A stretch of DNA of 64,000 nt from Leptospira sp. (GTDB taxonomy: Bacteria; Spirochaetota; Leptospiria; Leptospirales; Leptospiraceae): positions 1-64,000 of the forward strand of contig JAWXAQ010000027.1 in assembly GCA_034439575.1 (NCBI GenBank). The letters run 5' to 3'. Shown one piece after another: positions 41,686 through 51,996 of this stretch (position 1 is the first letter of the stretch; each line of letters begins with the position of its first letter). Below the pieces are notes generated by a model, which saw only the letters and a list, made by a program, of their open reading frames with translations, did not search any database and was not told the DNA's origin. Both the position numbers and the translations under genes were made by a program.

Positions 41686-42300
41686 ATGATTTTGATTCTC
41701 GATTATGGGATGGGAAACCTGCGATCCGTACAGATGAAAATTCAAATGTTGAATTTTCAAGCAAGCATTAGTCGGGACATAAATTCTATTCTTGCCGCCG
41801 ACAAATTGATTCTACCAGGTGTGGGTCATTTTGCTGAAGGAATGAAAAATATAAAAGAATTTGGAATATTGGATGCTTTACATGAAGCAGTTATATATAA
41901 AAAAATTCCAATTTTAGGAATATGCTTGGGAATGCAACTCCTCACCAGTTTCAGTGAGGAGGGAAGTGTTTCAGGTTTGGGGTGGATTGACGCATCTACA
42001 AATAAAATTATTTCAAAAAGTACGGAAGATTTAAGAATTCCGCATGTCGGATGGAATAAAGTTAGTCAAGTAAACAAATCAATTCTATTTGATAATATAG
42101 AAAATGATACCCGATTTTATTTTACCCACACATATGCTGTTCAATGTCACAATAAAGAAGATTCTATAGGTGAAACACTCTATGGAGATAAATTTACTTC
42201 CGTAATTCAAAAAGATAATATATATGGAACTCAATTTCATCCTGAAAAAAGTCATATGACTGGTTTAAAACTCATTCAAAATTTTTTAGAGAAATCTTGA
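41686..42300 (+). CDS. HisH-like glutaminase subunit (LPS-associated paralogue)
   Basis: DYGMGN, LPGVG, GICLGMQ, QFHPEKS; no his operon context. Confidence 0.9.
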   Translation: MILILDYGMGNLRSVQMKIQMLNFQASISRDINSILAADKLILPGVGHFAEGMKNIKEFGILDALHEAVIYKKIPILGICLGMQLLTSFSEEGSVSGLGWIDASTNKIISKSTEDLRIPHVGWNKVSQVNKSILFDNIENDTRFYFTHTYAVQCHNKEDSIGETLYGDKFTSVIQKDNIYGTQFHPEKSHMTGLKLIQNFLEKS

Positions 42301-43064
42301 TGTTACTTCCTCGTATTATACCTGTTTTGTTGCTAAAAAATAGGGGACTTGTAAAGGGAGTTAGGTTTAAAGATCATCGGTATGTTGGCGATCCCATCAA
42401 TGCTGTACAAATTTTTAATACAAAAAAAGTTGATGAATTATTTATTTTAGATATTACTGCAACTGAAGAAAATAGAATTCCGGATTTAGAGTTAGTGCAG
42501 AGTATCTCTGATCAGTGTTTAATGCCATTTGCATTAGGTGGTGGTATTAAAACTTTAGACGATGCAAAGCGAGTATTAAATTCTGGGGCTGAAAAAGTAT
42601 CCCTCAATACGTATGCCCTTGAATCTAAAACGCTAATTGAAGAAATCGCTAAAGTTTTTGGAAGTCAAAGTGTAGTTGTATCCTTAGATATTAAAAAGAA
42701 TATTTTTGGAAATTATTGTGTATATTCAAGATGCGGTACTTCTTTAATATCGAAAGATTTAAATTTAATTCTTCGACAAATTGAAGACCAAGGGGCAGGA
42801 GAAGTTTTAATAAATAATATCGATACTGATGGAATGTGCGATGGGTATGATTTAAATTTACTTTCTAAAGTGACTAATTTAACCAAAATTCCAGTCATTG
42901 CATCCGGTGGAGCTTGGTTAGTCGATCATTTAAAAGTTGCATTGGAACAAACTAAAATATCTGCAGTAGCCGCAGGCAGTATGTTTGTATTTCATGGCCG
43001 AAGAAAAGCAGTCTTAATTAGCTATCCTTCAGATTCAGAACTAATATCGATACGTGGTGAATAA
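42297..43064 (+). CDS. HisF-like (HisF2/AglZ-type) acetamidino-modification protein
   Basis: RIIPVLLL, YVGDP, GGGI, GAEKV, GAGE, IASGG, AAGSMFVF. Confidence 0.88.
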   Translation: MMLLPRIIPVLLLKNRGLVKGVRFKDHRYVGDPINAVQIFNTKKVDELFILDITATEENRIPDLELVQSISDQCLMPFALGGGIKTLDDAKRVLNSGAEKVSLNTYALESKTLIEEIAKVFGSQSVVVSLDIKKNIFGNYCVYSRCGTSLISKDLNLILRQIEDQGAGEVLINNIDTDGMCDGYDLNLLSKVTNLTKIPVIASGGAWLVDHLKVALEQTKISAVAAGSMFVFHGRRKAVLISYPSDSELISIRGE

Positions 43065-45540
43065 AAATTATTTTATGAAAAAGTATTCTGATCTTGTTAT
43101 CATATTAATATTCTTTTTCATACATGTTTTGATTAAATACAATCTCTTGATATCATTTGATGGTCCAATTATCATTTATGATGAAATTTTTTATAAAGAG
43201 AATGCATATTATATTTTTAATCATTTAAAATACTATGATGTAATTTATCCTCCGTTATACTCAATATCTCTATTACCAGCTTTCATTCTTAAATCAGATT
43301 TTTATATAGGAATGAAATTTCTAAATATAGTTTATTCATCTTCAGTAATATTGTTAACATGGTTAATTTCCAAAAGATATTTATCTAGATTAAATAGTTT
43401 AATTGTTGCTATATTGGTAGGTCTTTTGCCATTTCAATATATTTTTCCGAAATTTATAATGAGCGAAAATGTATTTTATCCTCTTTTTTTGCTTTTAGGT
43501 TATTTAACTGTTACATCAAGAGATTCAAATAATTTATGGAATATAGCTTTTGCAGGAATCGTAATGGGTCTTTTGCTTTTAACTCGCTATTATGCAATTA
43601 TTCTATTACTTCCTACATGTTGTTTTTATTTTTTTGAGAATTTTAAATTAGATAAAAAAATAATTTTTCAAAATTTAACACGAACTTCCTTTTACTTATT
43701 CTTCGTACTTTTAATCAGTCTACCTTTCTATATTGGATTTGGTGCTTTTAGTTTACCTTTTGCGGAGAAAAAAATAAATCAAAATGAAATTTCACAAAGC
43801 GAAATTATATCTTTTAAAGAATCAATAATAAACGATTTTAATTTAGATAAAAATAAAGACTCCGAATTTGAAGAATTAATAGAAACAATTGGAAAAGACT
43901 TAAATTTTGAAAAGAAAGTTTTAAAAATAGCTTCAGAAATATCTTACAAAAAAATAAAAACTGATCTTGATGCGAATCAAATACTTTTGGAAGGAAATGA
44001 AGTCCTATCGCATAACCAAGAAATTCAAATATTCAATACTCGAATGAAAATAATTAGGTCATTGTATTTAGGGAAATTTTTTACCGAGACAAAGATTCAG
44101 CCATCAAATAATTTTCAATTTATTTTAGGTATCTTGGATGCTTACAAACGAATAAGTTTCATAACACTGCTTGTGAATATATTATATTATTTCTTATTAT
44201 CTATAAGTTTTCTTTCTATATATCTCATATCTCTTTTTGTTTTAATGCGTTATGAAAATAAAAGAAAATTTTACGAGTTAATCTTTATAAAATTTCTCAT
44301 AATTTCAATGATGATTCTTTCCCTGCTTTATTATACTAAAGAATCGATTTCAGAAACATATTTTATGGGTCGGTATGTTTTTTATATTTCACCATTTTTA
44401 TTACTCTTTTCCTTTCTTACCTTAGAGAAGTATAATAAACTCAGAGTAATTACTTTCATTTTTATAGGTTTATTTTCAACCCTCATCATCGCATTAATTT
44501 ACGGAGTATTTATCGCAAAGGAAGTCGTGCCGGTAGGAAAACATTTTATTGGTTATATGAATGCTCCAGATGCATATACATTGTTAAGTGGAGGAAGAAC
44601 AATATTTTTTGTATTTTTATTTGGAAATTTAATTTTATTAATGTCGTTAATTTCCAAGAGAAAATATGTAAGAAGTGTAGTAGCACTTTCGTTAATAGGT
44701 AGTATGAACATATATGGCTATGTTCAAGTTAAAGATTTTACTTATTTTTCCCCAGATTCTAGAATTTTACTTAGCAATTATCTAAAAGAAAATCAAAATA
44801 AAAAAATTCATATTTATAATGATTCCTATTATTCGAATGCCTTAATTTTGCATTTTTTGAAATTTAGAAATTTTAATAACTTCGTTTTCCATGAAAAATA
44901 TTCATCTCAAGAATTAAGTGTTAATGAAGGGGTTATTCTCAGTGACTCTAAACTTTTTTTAAATGATACGAATTTAATATCAACAGACAAATCTAATTAT
45001 TTGTATAGAACTCCTTTAACACCAATTAAAGTTATTTATTCGTTAGTTGATGAATTTAAGGAAGAAAATACAGATGGATATAATGATTTTTCTTCTCCTT
45101 GGGGGAAAACAATTATACCGATAGATAAAAAAAGTATATTTGCAAGCCCTGGGACGGCAATGAGATTTAAAGTAACCATACCAATTAATATGAATCCATA
45201 TCTTTTGATGCGGATTGGATTTCATCCTATCGCAAAGAATTGGAAAATTTCTGACGGGGCAGTCTTTTCAATTAATCTATATAGAGAAAAAATAAAATTG
45301 AATGTATTAGATATGGAAATGCTTCCTGATTTCGAAAATCAATCAGTGATTATGAATTTACAAAATTGTAAAGGAAAACAAATCACTTTAGAATTTGAAG
45401 CAAAGAATCGGCAAAACAAAAATTTGAATGGAGATTGGTTAGTATGGGAACAACCCCAAATTATTAATATTGATCATCAACCATTGATCAACAATGATTC
45501 GAAATTCATTGATATAAAAAATATTTGTAATATTCAATAA
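43054..45540 (+). CDS. Polytopic membrane protein, GT-C/PMT-like glycosyltransferase with a C-terminal soluble beta domain
   Basis: DE motif after TM1 (YDEIFY), YPPLYS, MSENVF, many TM helices, GRY. Confidence 0.65.
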   Translation: MVNKNYFMKKYSDLVIILIFFFIHVLIKYNLLISFDGPIIIYDEIFYKENAYYIFNHLKYYDVIYPPLYSISLLPAFILKSDFYIGMKFLNIVYSSSVILLTWLISKRYLSRLNSLIVAILVGLLPFQYIFPKFIMSENVFYPLFLLLGYLTVTSRDSNNLWNIAFAGIVMGLLLLTRYYAIILLLPTCCFYFFENFKLDKKIIFQNLTRTSFYLFFVLLISLPFYIGFGAFSLPFAEKKINQNEISQSEIISFKESIINDFNLDKNKDSEFEELIETIGKDLNFEKKVLKIASEISYKKIKTDLDANQILLEGNEVLSHNQEIQIFNTRMKIIRSLYLGKFFTETKIQPSNNFQFILGILDAYKRISFITLLVNILYYFLLSISFLSIYLISLFVLMRYENKRKFYELIFIKFLIISMMILSLLYYTKESISETYFMGRYVFYISPFLLLFSFLTLEKYNKLRVITFIFIGLFSTLIIALIYGVFIAKEVVPVGKHFIGYMNAPDAYTLLSGGRTIFFVFLFGNLILLMSLISKRKYVRSVVALSLIGSMNIYGYVQVKDFTYFSPDSRILLSNYLKENQNKKIHIYNDSYYSNALILHFLKFRNFNNFVFHEKYSSQELSVNEGVILSDSKLFLNDTNLISTDKSNYLYRTPLTPIKVIYSLVDEFKEENTDGYNDFSSPWGKTIIPIDKKSIFASPGTAMRFKVTIPINMNPYLLMRIGFHPIAKNWKISDGAVFSINLYREKIKLNVLDMEMLPDFENQSVIMNLQNCKGKQITLEFEAKNRQNKNLNGDWLVWEQPQIINIDHQPLINNDSKFIDIKNICNIQ

Positions 45541-45550
45541 GTTTAATATT

Positions 45551-47014
45551 ATGTATCCACATGAATATATTCCAATATTAAATGAAATTGAAAAAAAATA
45601 TAAGGTGTCAGAATGGAAATCACATGGTTTTCAAATATGGCCTGTGATACGTGTCGGTCTTGGATTTTCTTTAGATTCAATTTCTAAAAGTGTAATTAAA
45701 GATTCGATGTTTCAACATATCACTAATTTAATTAGAGATACAATTAATTTTATTTGGTGGAATGTTTTTGATTTTTCCAAAAACGCTAAACCTCAAAGTA
45801 GCAACTTTGTTTTTTTTACGTTAACTGAGGAAAGAAGTACATTATACAAAAATAAATGGTTCAATAATTATTGTGATCCTATTAATGATGCTATGTCTAA
45901 GATAGGTAAGAATAGTTTTTATTTAGAATATTCATCGCGTGGAATCTATAAGACACCCAGATACTCAAAATCTTTCTTTATACAACTATTCTTAAATTTT
46001 AGATCCATATATACTGTATTGTTTGGAGAAAAAATAAATTATGATAGTTTCCCTGATTTTAATAAAGTAGAAGATTTGCTTTTGAAAAAAACAGATATCG
46101 AGCCTAAATCATTAAGAAAAATATTTAGTAGAATCTCTGTTATACGATCTTGGGCAAATTTTCACAAACAGATATTAAAGACCATAAATCCACAAATTGG
46201 ATTTGTCGTCAGTTTTTATGGGCCTTATAGTATGTCCTTTTTATTGGCTTGTCATGAGCTAGGAATACCTACAGTAGACTTACAACATGGAGTGCAAGGT
46301 AATTCCAATGTTGCTTATTCGGAATGGTTCAATATTCCTAAATCTGGTTATGAAACTCTTCCAAACGTTTTTTGGGTATGGAATAAAGAAGATTTTGACG
46401 AAAAACAAAAATGGATTAGATCCAATAAAAAACATTTAGCATTTCTTGGTGGAAACTTATTGTTGGAAGAATTTCTGAATTCTGATAGTGAAATTTCCAA
46501 ATTCTACGCATCAAAGATTCTAAATATAACCAATCAAAATAAAAAAATTGCACTTATCACTTTACAGCCATCCAACGGTTTAAAGAATTTCAGAGAGTTA
46601 ATTAAAGAGTCACCAAAAGAAATTTACTATTTTATCCGACTTCATCCAATGATGCATTCTCAATATTCAACAATTGAGCGAGAGTTAAATGAATTAAAAA
46701 CTGATAATTGGAATGTTTATGATGCAACAAATCTTCCCTTATATGCTATTTTACAAGCTATTGATGTTCACATAACAGAAGCTTCTGCAGTAGTTATGGA
46801 AGCAGAAGTTTTCGGTGTTCAATCAATTTTAATTCAAAAAGAATCCGAATTTTTCTTTTTATCCCAGATAAAATCTCGATTCGCTGTTGTGAGAGAAAAA
46901 ACTTCGGAAATTATAACTGAAATTCTTCACTCAAAAAGAAGATCTAAGAAATTACAAAAACCAATGCCGATAGCAGATAAGATTCGTTTGTTGTCAGATG
47001 AAATAAAAGTTTAG
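45551..47014 (+). CDS. Hypothetical GT-B-like protein, candidate nonulosonate transferase
   Basis: GIPTVDLQHG, IRLHP, SAVVMEA; immediately upstream of legB. Confidence 0.55.
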   Translation: MYPHEYIPILNEIEKKYKVSEWKSHGFQIWPVIRVGLGFSLDSISKSVIKDSMFQHITNLIRDTINFIWWNVFDFSKNAKPQSSNFVFFTLTEERSTLYKNKWFNNYCDPINDAMSKIGKNSFYLEYSSRGIYKTPRYSKSFFIQLFLNFRSIYTVLFGEKINYDSFPDFNKVEDLLLKKTDIEPKSLRKIFSRISVIRSWANFHKQILKTINPQIGFVVSFYGPYSMSFLLACHELGIPTVDLQHGVQGNSNVAYSEWFNIPKSGYETLPNVFWVWNKEDFDEKQKWIRSNKKHLAFLGGNLLLEEFLNSDSEISKFYASKILNITNQNKKIALITLQPSNGLKNFRELIKESPKEIYYFIRLHPMMHSQYSTIERELNELKTDNWNVYDATNLPLYAILQAIDVHITEASAVVMEAEVFGVQSILIQKESEFFFLSQIKSRFAVVREKTSEIITEILHSKRRSKKLQKPMPIADKIRLLSDEIKV

Positions 47015-47096
47015 AATAGTATTTACTTCTATTTAAAATTTCCAAGTCACCAATTATAATGAGTATAAAATCAAATTTCCTTAAGGAATTAAATAA

Positions 47097-48092
47097 ATGA
47101 AAGTATTAGTTACTGGAGCTGATGGATTTATTGGCTCACATTTGGTAGAAACGTTGGTAAAGGAAGGATACGAAGTTAAAGCTTTTGTGCTTTATAATTC
47201 TTTAAATTCTTGGGGTTGGCTTGATCAATCGCCAAAAGAAATTATAGATAATGTAGAAATATTTACTGGAGACATTCGTGATCCATATGGCGTAAAGGAA
47301 GCGATGAAAGGATGTGATGCAGTTTTACATTTGGCTGCCTTAATTGCTATACCTTATTCTTATCATTCACCTGAGACCTACGTTGATACAAATATAAAAG
47401 GTACTCTCAATGTGATGCAGGCCGCCAGAGAACTAGGGGTTAAAAAAGTTATACATACCTCTACCAGCGAAGTTTACGGTACTGCAAAATTTGTTCCTAT
47501 TTCTGAAGATCACCCATTACAAGGTCAATCTCCTTATTCAGCAACCAAGATTGGGGCAGATCAACTAGCAATGTCATTTTATTTATCGTTTCAGACTCCA
47601 GTAGCAATCGTTAGACCATTTAACACCTATGGACCTCGGCAATCAGCGCGAGCTGTTATCCCTACGATTATTACTCAGCTGGCATCAAATAAAAAGAAAT
47701 TAAAGTTAGGTGCTATTCATCCTACTAGAGATTTTAATTTTGTGAAAGATACCGTTTCCGGTTTCATAGCTGCATTAAAGTCTGATTTATCTATTGGCGA
47801 AATTATAAATATTGGAAGCGGATTTGAAATCACAATTAAAGATTTAGCAGAATTGATTTCAAATATAATGGGTAAAAACTTTGAATTTGAGACAGATAGT
47901 ATTCGAATGCGCCCAGAAAAAAGCGAAGTAGAGCGATTATTGGCTGATAATTCAAAAGCAAAAAAGATACTAAATTGGAATCCTGAATATGGATCATTGG
48001 AAGGTCTAAGAATAGGATTATCCGAAACAATTGAGTGGTTTACTAATTCTGAAAATTTAAAAAAATATAAAGTAGATATTTATAATATATGA
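47097..48092 (+). CDS. legB: NAD-dependent NDP-GlcNAc 4,6-dehydratase
   Basis: GADGFIGSHL, YNSLNSWGWLD, LAALIAIPYSY, QSPYSATK, RPFNTYGPRQSARA. Confidence 0.88.
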   Translation: MKVLVTGADGFIGSHLVETLVKEGYEVKAFVLYNSLNSWGWLDQSPKEIIDNVEIFTGDIRDPYGVKEAMKGCDAVLHLAALIAIPYSYHSPETYVDTNIKGTLNVMQAARELGVKKVIHTSTSEVYGTAKFVPISEDHPLQGQSPYSATKIGADQLAMSFYLSFQTPVAIVRPFNTYGPRQSARAVIPTIITQLASNKKKLKLGAIHPTRDFNFVKDTVSGFIAALKSDLSIGEIINIGSGFEITIKDLAELISNIMGKNFEFETDSIRMRPEKSEVERLLADNSKAKKILNWNPEYGSLEGLRIGLSETIEWFTNSENLKKYKVDIYNI

Positions 48093-49258
48093 ATTTAGAT
48101 TCAATCAGACTTGCCATAAAGTCATCATGGGACATTCAAAGTGAAAAATTTGTTTCTCTTCATGAGCCTCAATTTCAAGGGAATGATTGGAATTATGTAA
48201 AAGATTGTCTCGATAGTGGTTGGGTTTCGTCTGTCGGTAAGTATGTCGATTTATTTGAAGAAAAGATTAAGGAATTCACTGGGTCGAAATATGCTATTGC
48301 CACTGTGAATGGAACGGCCGCCCTTCACATAACGTTAAGATTAAGCGACGTTAAGCAAGATGATGAAGTCCTGTTACCTGCGCTTACTTTTGTAGCAACT
48401 GCCAACGCCGTATCTTATTGTCATGCCACGCCTCATTTTATAGATGTGGAAAAGGAAACCTTAGGCATCGATCCCAGCAAATTAGAATTATATTTGCGTG
48501 AAATAGTAATAAAGAAAAATGAATATTCATATAATAAGAATACAAATAAAAGAATTAGTGCATTAATTGGTATGCATACTTTTGGTCATTCTTTTGATAT
48601 TGATCGAGTAAAGGATATTTGTGATTATTATAATATAGCATTTATAGAGGATGCTGCAGAATCATTAGGATCCTTTTATAAAGGAAAACATACAGGCACT
48701 TATTCAAAGCTTGCGGCTATTAGCTTTAATGGAAATAAGATAGTAACAACTGGAGGCGGAGGTGCAATATTAACCCAAGATGAAAATATCGCAAAATTGG
48801 CAAAGCATATAACAACAACGGCCAAAGTCCCTCACAAATGGGAATTTTTTCATGATATGATCGGATACAATTATAGAATGCCAAATTTAAATGCTGCACT
48901 TGGTTGTGCACAATTGGAAGTATTACCAAAATATTTGAAATTTAAACGTAAATTGGCAAATAATTATATAATAAATTTTAAAAATGTTGAAGGTGTTAAA
49001 ATATTCTCGGAACCTAAGTTTTCTATTTCTAATTATTGGTTAAATGTTATGTTGGTGGAAAATTCCACTTTCGAGAAACGTGATATGGTTCTGGAAAATC
49101 TAAACCATAACAATATTATGGCAAGGCCAGCATGGAATTTGCTAAATAATTTACCTATGTTTTCCCATTCCCCTAAGATGGATCTATCTGAATCAATCGA
49201 AATAGAAAAATCACTTATAAATATTCCTAGCAGTTCCAATTTAATCATTAACGAATGA
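48089..49258 (+). CDS. legC: LegC-family PLP aminotransferase
   Basis: LHEP, WVSSVG, EDAAESLG, SFNGNKIVTTGGGG, NYRMPNLNAALG. Confidence 0.88.
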   Translation: MNLDSIRLAIKSSWDIQSEKFVSLHEPQFQGNDWNYVKDCLDSGWVSSVGKYVDLFEEKIKEFTGSKYAIATVNGTAALHITLRLSDVKQDDEVLLPALTFVATANAVSYCHATPHFIDVEKETLGIDPSKLELYLREIVIKKNEYSYNKNTNKRISALIGMHTFGHSFDIDRVKDICDYYNIAFIEDAAESLGSFYKGKHTGTYSKLAAISFNGNKIVTTGGGGAILTQDENIAKLAKHITTTAKVPHKWEFFHDMIGYNYRMPNLNAALGCAQLEVLPKYLKFKRKLANNYIINFKNVEGVKIFSEPKFSISNYWLNVMLVENSTFEKRDMVLENLNHNNIMARPAWNLLNNLPMFSHSPKMDLSESIEIEKSLINIPSSSNLIINE

Positions 49259-49902
49259 ATGAAATTTTTTTAATTGGATCTGGTGGTCATGCAAAAGTTG
49301 TTTTGGATGCGATGATTGCTGCAAATTGTAAACCTCACGGTATCATAGACAATGATCCAGATAAATTAGAAAGTTTACTTTTAGGAGTTACGGTAATAGG
49401 GGATGATAACATTTTTTTTAATCGTTTTTCGCCTAATGATGCAAAGGTCGTTGTTGGAATCGGTTCAGTAAGGTCTACCAAAATTAGAAACCAGGTGTAT
49501 CAACTATATAACCAAAGAGGTTACAAATTTTTAAACGTAATTCATCCTTATGCTAAAATATCGCAATATTGCCAGTTACAAAATTCCATTCAAATATTGG
49601 CTAATGTTACAGTTAATGCGGGTTCGGTGATAGGCAATAATTCTATTTTAAATACTGGTTCTACAATTGATCATGATTGTGTGATTGGAAATTCAGTTCA
49701 TATTGCTCCAGGAGTTACTTTGAGCGGAAATGTTAGAATCGGAGATGACACACATATTGGTACTGGTGCCATAGTGATTCAAAATATTTCAATTGGAAAA
49801 AACTGTTTAATTGGTGCAGGTTCTGTTGTTTTAAACAACGTTCCTGATAATTCTGTAGTCGTCGGTTGTCCAGCAAGAGTAATAAAGAAAAATGAAATTT
49901 GA
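49255..49902 (+). CDS. NeuD/PglD-family sugar acetyltransferase
   Basis: GSGGHAKVV, IHP, hexapeptide repeats with DHDC, GCPAR. Confidence 0.9.
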   Translation: MNEIFLIGSGGHAKVVLDAMIAANCKPHGIIDNDPDKLESLLLGVTVIGDDNIFFNRFSPNDAKVVVGIGSVRSTKIRNQVYQLYNQRGYKFLNVIHPYAKISQYCQLQNSIQILANVTVNAGSVIGNNSILNTGSTIDHDCVIGNSVHIAPGVTLSGNVRIGDDTHIGTGAIVIQNISIGKNCLIGAGSVVLNNVPDNSVVVGCPARVIKKNEI

Positions 49903-50902
49903 TAAAGTATTAATTATTGCCGAAGCAGGCGTAAATCATAATGGAGATTTAAATTTAGCAAAATCTATGATAGATATTGCCGCTGAAGCTGGTGCTGATG
50001 TCGTAAAATTTCAAACCTTTAAGGCAGAAAATATAGTAACAAAATCTGCGTTAAAGGCAGAATATCAAATTAAGAATACTGGTTCAGATGACTCCCAATT
50101 TGCAATGCTTAAAAACTTAGAGATTTCATTTGAAGATCATAAAGTTTTAATTGAACATTGTAAACTTAGAAATATAAAATTTTTATCCACAGGTTTTGAT
50201 TTAGAAAGTTTGAATTTTTTAAATACTTTAAACTTTCCTTTCTTTAAGATTCCATCGGGTGAAATTACAAATTATCCGTATCTTGAAAAAATTTCTGAAT
50301 TCAACAAACCGGTTATTCTTTCTACAGGAATGTCGAATATGGAAGAAATTCATTCCGCCATAGAAGTGCTTATATCAAAGGGACTTAAAAAAGCAGACCT
50401 AGTTGTTCTTCATTGCAACACCGATTATCCTACTCCTTTTTCCGATGTAAACTTGCGAGCTATGAAAACGATTGCAGAAAAGTTTTCAGTCAAAATTGGA
50501 TATTCAGATCATACTCCAGGTATAGAAATATCATTAGCTGCTGTGGCGCTTGGAGCCGTTGTCATCGAAAAACATTTTACATTAGATAAGGAAATGACTG
50601 GTCCAGATCATAAAGCTTCCTTAGATCCAAATGAATTGAAGTCATTGGTAAAAGGCATACGGAATATTGAATCTGCCTTAGGTAGCTCGATAAAACAGGC
50701 TTCTCAATCAGAAATGAAAAATATTCCTATTGTTCGTAAAAGTATAGTGGCAGCTAAAAATATAAAAAAGGGTGAAAAGTTTACCGAAACCAACCTAACA
50801 ACAAAGAGACCTGCATCCGGAATTAATCCTATGATGTGGCCTGAAGTGATCGGACAGATCTCACTTCGGGATTATGAAGTTGATGATTTTATCGAATTAT
50901 AA
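49892..50902 (+). CDS. neuB: Nonulosonic acid synthase (NeuB/LegI-type)
   Basis: IIAEAGVNHNG, VKFQTF, KIPSGE, GYSDHT, IEKHFTLD, C-terminal SAF domain. Confidence 0.93.
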   Translation: MKFDKVLIIAEAGVNHNGDLNLAKSMIDIAAEAGADVVKFQTFKAENIVTKSALKAEYQIKNTGSDDSQFAMLKNLEISFEDHKVLIEHCKLRNIKFLSTGFDLESLNFLNTLNFPFFKIPSGEITNYPYLEKISEFNKPVILSTGMSNMEEIHSAIEVLISKGLKKADLVVLHCNTDYPTPFSDVNLRAMKTIAEKFSVKIGYSDHTPGIEISLAAVALGAVVIEKHFTLDKEMTGPDHKASLDPNELKSLVKGIRNIESALGSSIKQASQSEMKNIPIVRKSIVAAKNIKKGEKFTETNLTTKRPASGINPMMWPEVIGQISLRDYEVDDFIEL

Positions 50903-50922
50903 TAGTTAAGAAATATTAAACA

Positions 50923-51996
50923 ATGAATCAAAAAGATATCCTTCGTTCCATCATAAGTCCTTCGGATACAATCAAGCAAGCAATCAAGCAGCTTAATGAA
51001 AATAGTTTGCAAATTCTGTTAGTTGCAGATTCAGATCATAGACTTCTTGGAACTGTCACTGATGGTGATATTCGAAGAGAATTGGAAAAAAATTGGGATC
51101 TAAATCAATCAGTAGAATTGATAATGAATCAATCACCGAGATTTTTATATGAGTCTGAACGTGAAAGTGCTCATGATATAATGATCAAAGAAGGAATTCG
51201 ACATATTCCCATTTTGAATTTTTATAAAAAAATTCTAGATTTAGTTTTGTTTGTAAATCTTGAAAATGTCAAGAAACAAGAGTTATTCTCACAGAAGAAG
51301 GAAAAAGTCTTTATACTTGCTGGTGGTAAAGGTACAAGACTCAAACCATTTACAAATATCATTCCAAAACCATTGATACCCTTAGGTGAAACTCCCATCG
51401 TTGAAATAATTATGGATCGATTTCAATACTTTGGATTCAATCAGTTTATATTATCAATCAATTTCAAAGCGGAAATGATTCGATCATATTTTGTCGATAA
51501 TCCGAAAAACTTCCAAATTGATTATGTAAAAGAAGAGGAATTTTTAGGAACAGCAGGCTCTCTTTATTTTTTAAAAAATAATATAAAGGAAACTTTGATT
51601 ATATCAAATTGTGATGTTATATTAGATATCAATTTTGATAACTTTTTTAAATACCACCAAGAATGTGAAAATGATATAACAGTTGTTGGGGTGATTCGTC
51701 ATGTTAAAATTCCATACGGTGTTATGGAAATTAGTGATCGGATACTCCAATCCATTAAAGAAAAACCTGAGTACGATATTATAGTTAATGCAGGTATTTA
51801 TGCTGTCGAGTATGGCATTCTTGATCTTATAGAAGATAAAAAATATTTAGATATGCCTGATTTATTGCAAATGGCAAAAGCTAAAGGCAAAAAAGTCGGA
51901 GTATATCTCGTATCTGCAGAAATGATTGATGTTGGCCATTGGGATGAATACAAACTTGCTGAAGAAAAGGCAAGGCAGTTAGGTTTTATTCTATGA
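50923..51996 (+). CDS. CBS-domain nucleotidyltransferase (PtmE/LegX-like)
   Basis: GTVTDGDIRR CBS pair; LAGGKGTRL, PKPL, LGTAGSL. Confidence 0.88.
   Translation: MNQKDILRSIISPSDTIKQAIKQLNENSLQILLVADSDHRLLGTVTDGDIRRELEKNWDLNQSVELIMNQSPRFLYESERESAHDIMIKEGIRHIPILNFYKKILDLVLFVNLENVKKQELFSQKKEKVFILAGGKGTRLKPFTNIIPKPLIPLGETPIVEIIMDRFQYFGFNQFILSINFKAEMIRSYFVDNPKNFQIDYVKEEEFLGTAGSLYFLKNNIKETLIISNCDVILDINFDNFFKYHQECENDITVVGVIRHVKIPYGVMEISDRILQSIKEKPEYDIIVNAGIYAVEYGILDLIEDKKYLDMPDLLQMAKAKGKKVGVYLVSAEMIDVGHWDEYKLAEEKARQLGFIL

Noticed and set aside
41686-43064. hisH/hisF as histidine biosynthesis genes (also 60665-62192)
   Set aside because: No other his genes nearby, linkage to sugar amidotransferases, and altered catalytic aspartates.
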